A stretch of 64,000 nucleotides of DNA. Source: Rhodosorus marinus CCMP1338 (Eukaryota > Plantae > Rhodophyta). Under the pieces are notes generated by a model, which was given only the letters and a program-made list of their open reading frames with translations, was not told the DNA's origin and did no database searches. The DNA lies in NCBI GenBank assembly GCA_029953675.1, contig JAMWBK010000002.1, positions 1,302,001-1,366,000 of the forward strand, written 5' to 3'. Positions within the stretch are counted from its first letter, which is position 1; every line of letters starts with the position of its first letter. Of this stretch, positions 61,971-64,000 are shown piece after piece. The position numbers and the translations under genes are program-made.

Positions 61971-64000
61971 ATGACCCACATACGGGAGAAGGTACGACTT
62001 GTCACGTCTGTGAGAAGGTCATTCTTGTTTTATTGAAGAAGCTCGGCTGTGGCTTATTCCTTGCTCCTTTTTTTTCTTCGCTGTTTCGTAACAGCTGTTT
62101 GAAAATAGCAAGGACAATTTTGACGAGGACTTTGACGAGATAGGAGAGCTTGGAAAAGGCGCTTTTGGAGTATGTATTCTGTGCAAGGACAGACAAACTC
62201 AGCAGACCTATGCTGTGAAAAAGGTTCTCAAAGGTACGTCAAGCACTGGATAAGCTGTACATGTCCACAGACCACAACCAATTGAAATCCTTGAGTGAAT
62301 CCGCAGGGAGGCTGATTTCGGACTCTATGCGACTCGTCGTCATTACCGAAGTGAAAATCCAGAGTCACCTGAAAGGTCATAAGAACATTGTTCAGATTCT
62401 TGATACTTACGAAGACGGTGAATATGTATATATTGTGCAAGAGTTGTGTGAAGGAGGGGATCTGTTTGATCACTTGATTGCTAAAGGTAGAAGCTGCCAC
62501 ATTTTGTCAGTTTCCTTCTTCAAGCCGTCGAAGGGCTAGTTTCGCGGAGCGTCAAAACTAACTTGTCATTACGAAAAACAATGCTCAGGTCGTTACTCAG
62601 AGAGGGACTCGGCAGATTTGTGTAGAGCGATGCTTATGGCTGTTGAGCACTGCCATAAGAGTGGTGTGTCAGGCGCAGTATCAAGTGGTTGCTTCGGGGA
62701 GCAACGTGTTCTCTAACTTGCCAAACGTACTTTGTGTCTTTTTTGTTATAGGTGTGATGCACAGGGACTTGAAACCGGATAACTTTCTGTTTAGCTTTGA
62801 AGAACCAAATTCGAAGGATGCGTTATTAAAAACTGCCGATTTTGGACTGTCGTGTTTCCACACACCCGGTACACGGGAGAGTCAACCATGTGGCACCCCC
62901 ACGTACATAGCGCCTGAAGTGATCCGCAAGGACTACGATGAGAAAGCGGACATATGGTCCGTAGGTGAGCTTTTTGAGACTTATCTCTCCCTGGATGCAT
63001 GATGTGATTGTTTACTCACGAGACAACAATTTGCTGCGCAATAGGAGTCATCTTGTACATAATGCTAAGTGGAAAAATGCCCTTCTATGGACGAACCGAC
63101 ACGGACTGCCTCCGATCCACTCTCCGCGGTCGATACTCGTTCCAGCATCGGAACTGGCAAACAGTTTCTGATGAAGCGAAAGAGATCGTGGACGCTATGC
63201 TGAGGTACAACCCCAGTGATCGACCTTCAGCCACGGAACTGTTAGGTACGCTGGTTGTTCATACGCAAGCAGTGCTTGTTTTTCGCGCACCTATCTTTGT
63301 TCCGTGGTTGGCTCACCAGAACTTAAACCTCTTTCCGATTAGAATACTCCTGGATCCGTGGAAATGCTTCTACGAAGCCTTTGGTTCAGTCCGTTATAGA
63401 TAACATGAAGCAGTTTTCAAACATGAACAAATTGAAAAAGCGTGCGATGCAGATCATGGCTGAGAGCACGAAACTGCCCAACCTACATGAGGTGAAGAAG
63501 GTTCGTTTCAGCTGTAACAGACCGCCTGGGTTTTAGTCAAGCCGTGTGTATTCCTCTAAACGCGAAGCGCCGCTTCATATCTCAGGCTTTTCGGGAGATG
63601 GACAGGGATGGAAGTGGGACAATCACGGTGGACGAAATGAGAGATGCATTGGAAGCGGTAAACAAGAACTTCTCAGAAGAATACTTTGAGAAACTCTGGG
63701 ATACTTACGATGTCGATGGTACGTAGACAGTGACGGCCTCTTCTTACGTATAGATATAGCTACCTGGGTAAGTTCGCTTTGTGAAGATTCCAATGTTTCC
63801 ACACTCATCGTATTGGAACTACTTAATCACAGGTGATGGCGTAATCGATTACACAGAGTTCCTCACCGCCACTTCGCAGCTGAACAAGCTTTTGACCGCG
63901 GAGAACATGGAGAAAGCGTTCAAGGAGATCGATAAGGATGGTAGCGGAACGATCACTGTTAGTGAGGTGAGAAACATGCTCGAGATCCAATACATAATTT
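61971..64000 (+). CDS. Calcium-dependent protein kinase (CDPK): kinase domain plus EF-hands; 3' end outside the window
   Basis: LGKGAFG, YAVKK, HKNIV, ELCEGGDLF, HRDLKPDNFLF, KTADFGLS, GTPTYIAPEV; junction KKRAMQ; EF-hand loops DRDGSGTITVDE, DVDG|DGVIDYTE, DKDGSGTITVSE. Putative 7-codon first exon 61971-61991. Confidence 0.92.

Noticed and set aside
1-64000. rRNA, tRNA, snRNA, CRISPR arrays, Fanzor/TnpB, viral or polinton genes
   Set aside because: Searched by eye for signature motifs on both strands and none was found; a covariance-model and HMM scan would be needed to exclude them formally.

Overview
Eukaryotic nuclear DNA, most likely from a red alga (Rhodophyta). The evidence is a nuclear psbU with a simple MAF- transit peptide and no signal peptide, plus SPINDLY and CDPK genes, and many short (about 60-190 nt) GT-AG introns; the species cannot be determined from the sequence. 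Splicing the ORF fragments by hand gives 15 well-supported protein-coding genes: psbU, two TM9SF/EMP70 paralogues, SPCS3 (essentially invisible in the ORF track), an R2R3-MYB, organellar ValRS, an NTF2/SnoaL-like protein, a CRTISO-like oxidoreductase, SPY, a PH-domain protein, TrmO/TsaA, NADH-cytochrome b5 reductase, COX20, a divergent SEC23, and tyrosine aminotransferase. A sixteenth, a CDPK, runs off the right end. Gene-poor blocks (0-4.6, 11.7-21, 22-28.2 and 53.3-55.1 kb) hold transposon debris: two CRE-like non-LTR retrotransposon RT remnants, two Ty1/copia remnants, a MITE-like element and several tandem repeats. No rRNA, tRNA, snRNA, CRISPR array or prokaryotic/viral system could be supported. 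The most unusual structures are a head-to-head LINE/LINE/copia chimeric junction, a G-rich minisatellite expanded inside a copia integrase, an unexplained 3-copy ~175 bp repeat array, a MITE whose TIRs contain a palindrome, and a strand-specific G-tract signature upstream of genes. All exon boundaries were inferred manually without transcript data.
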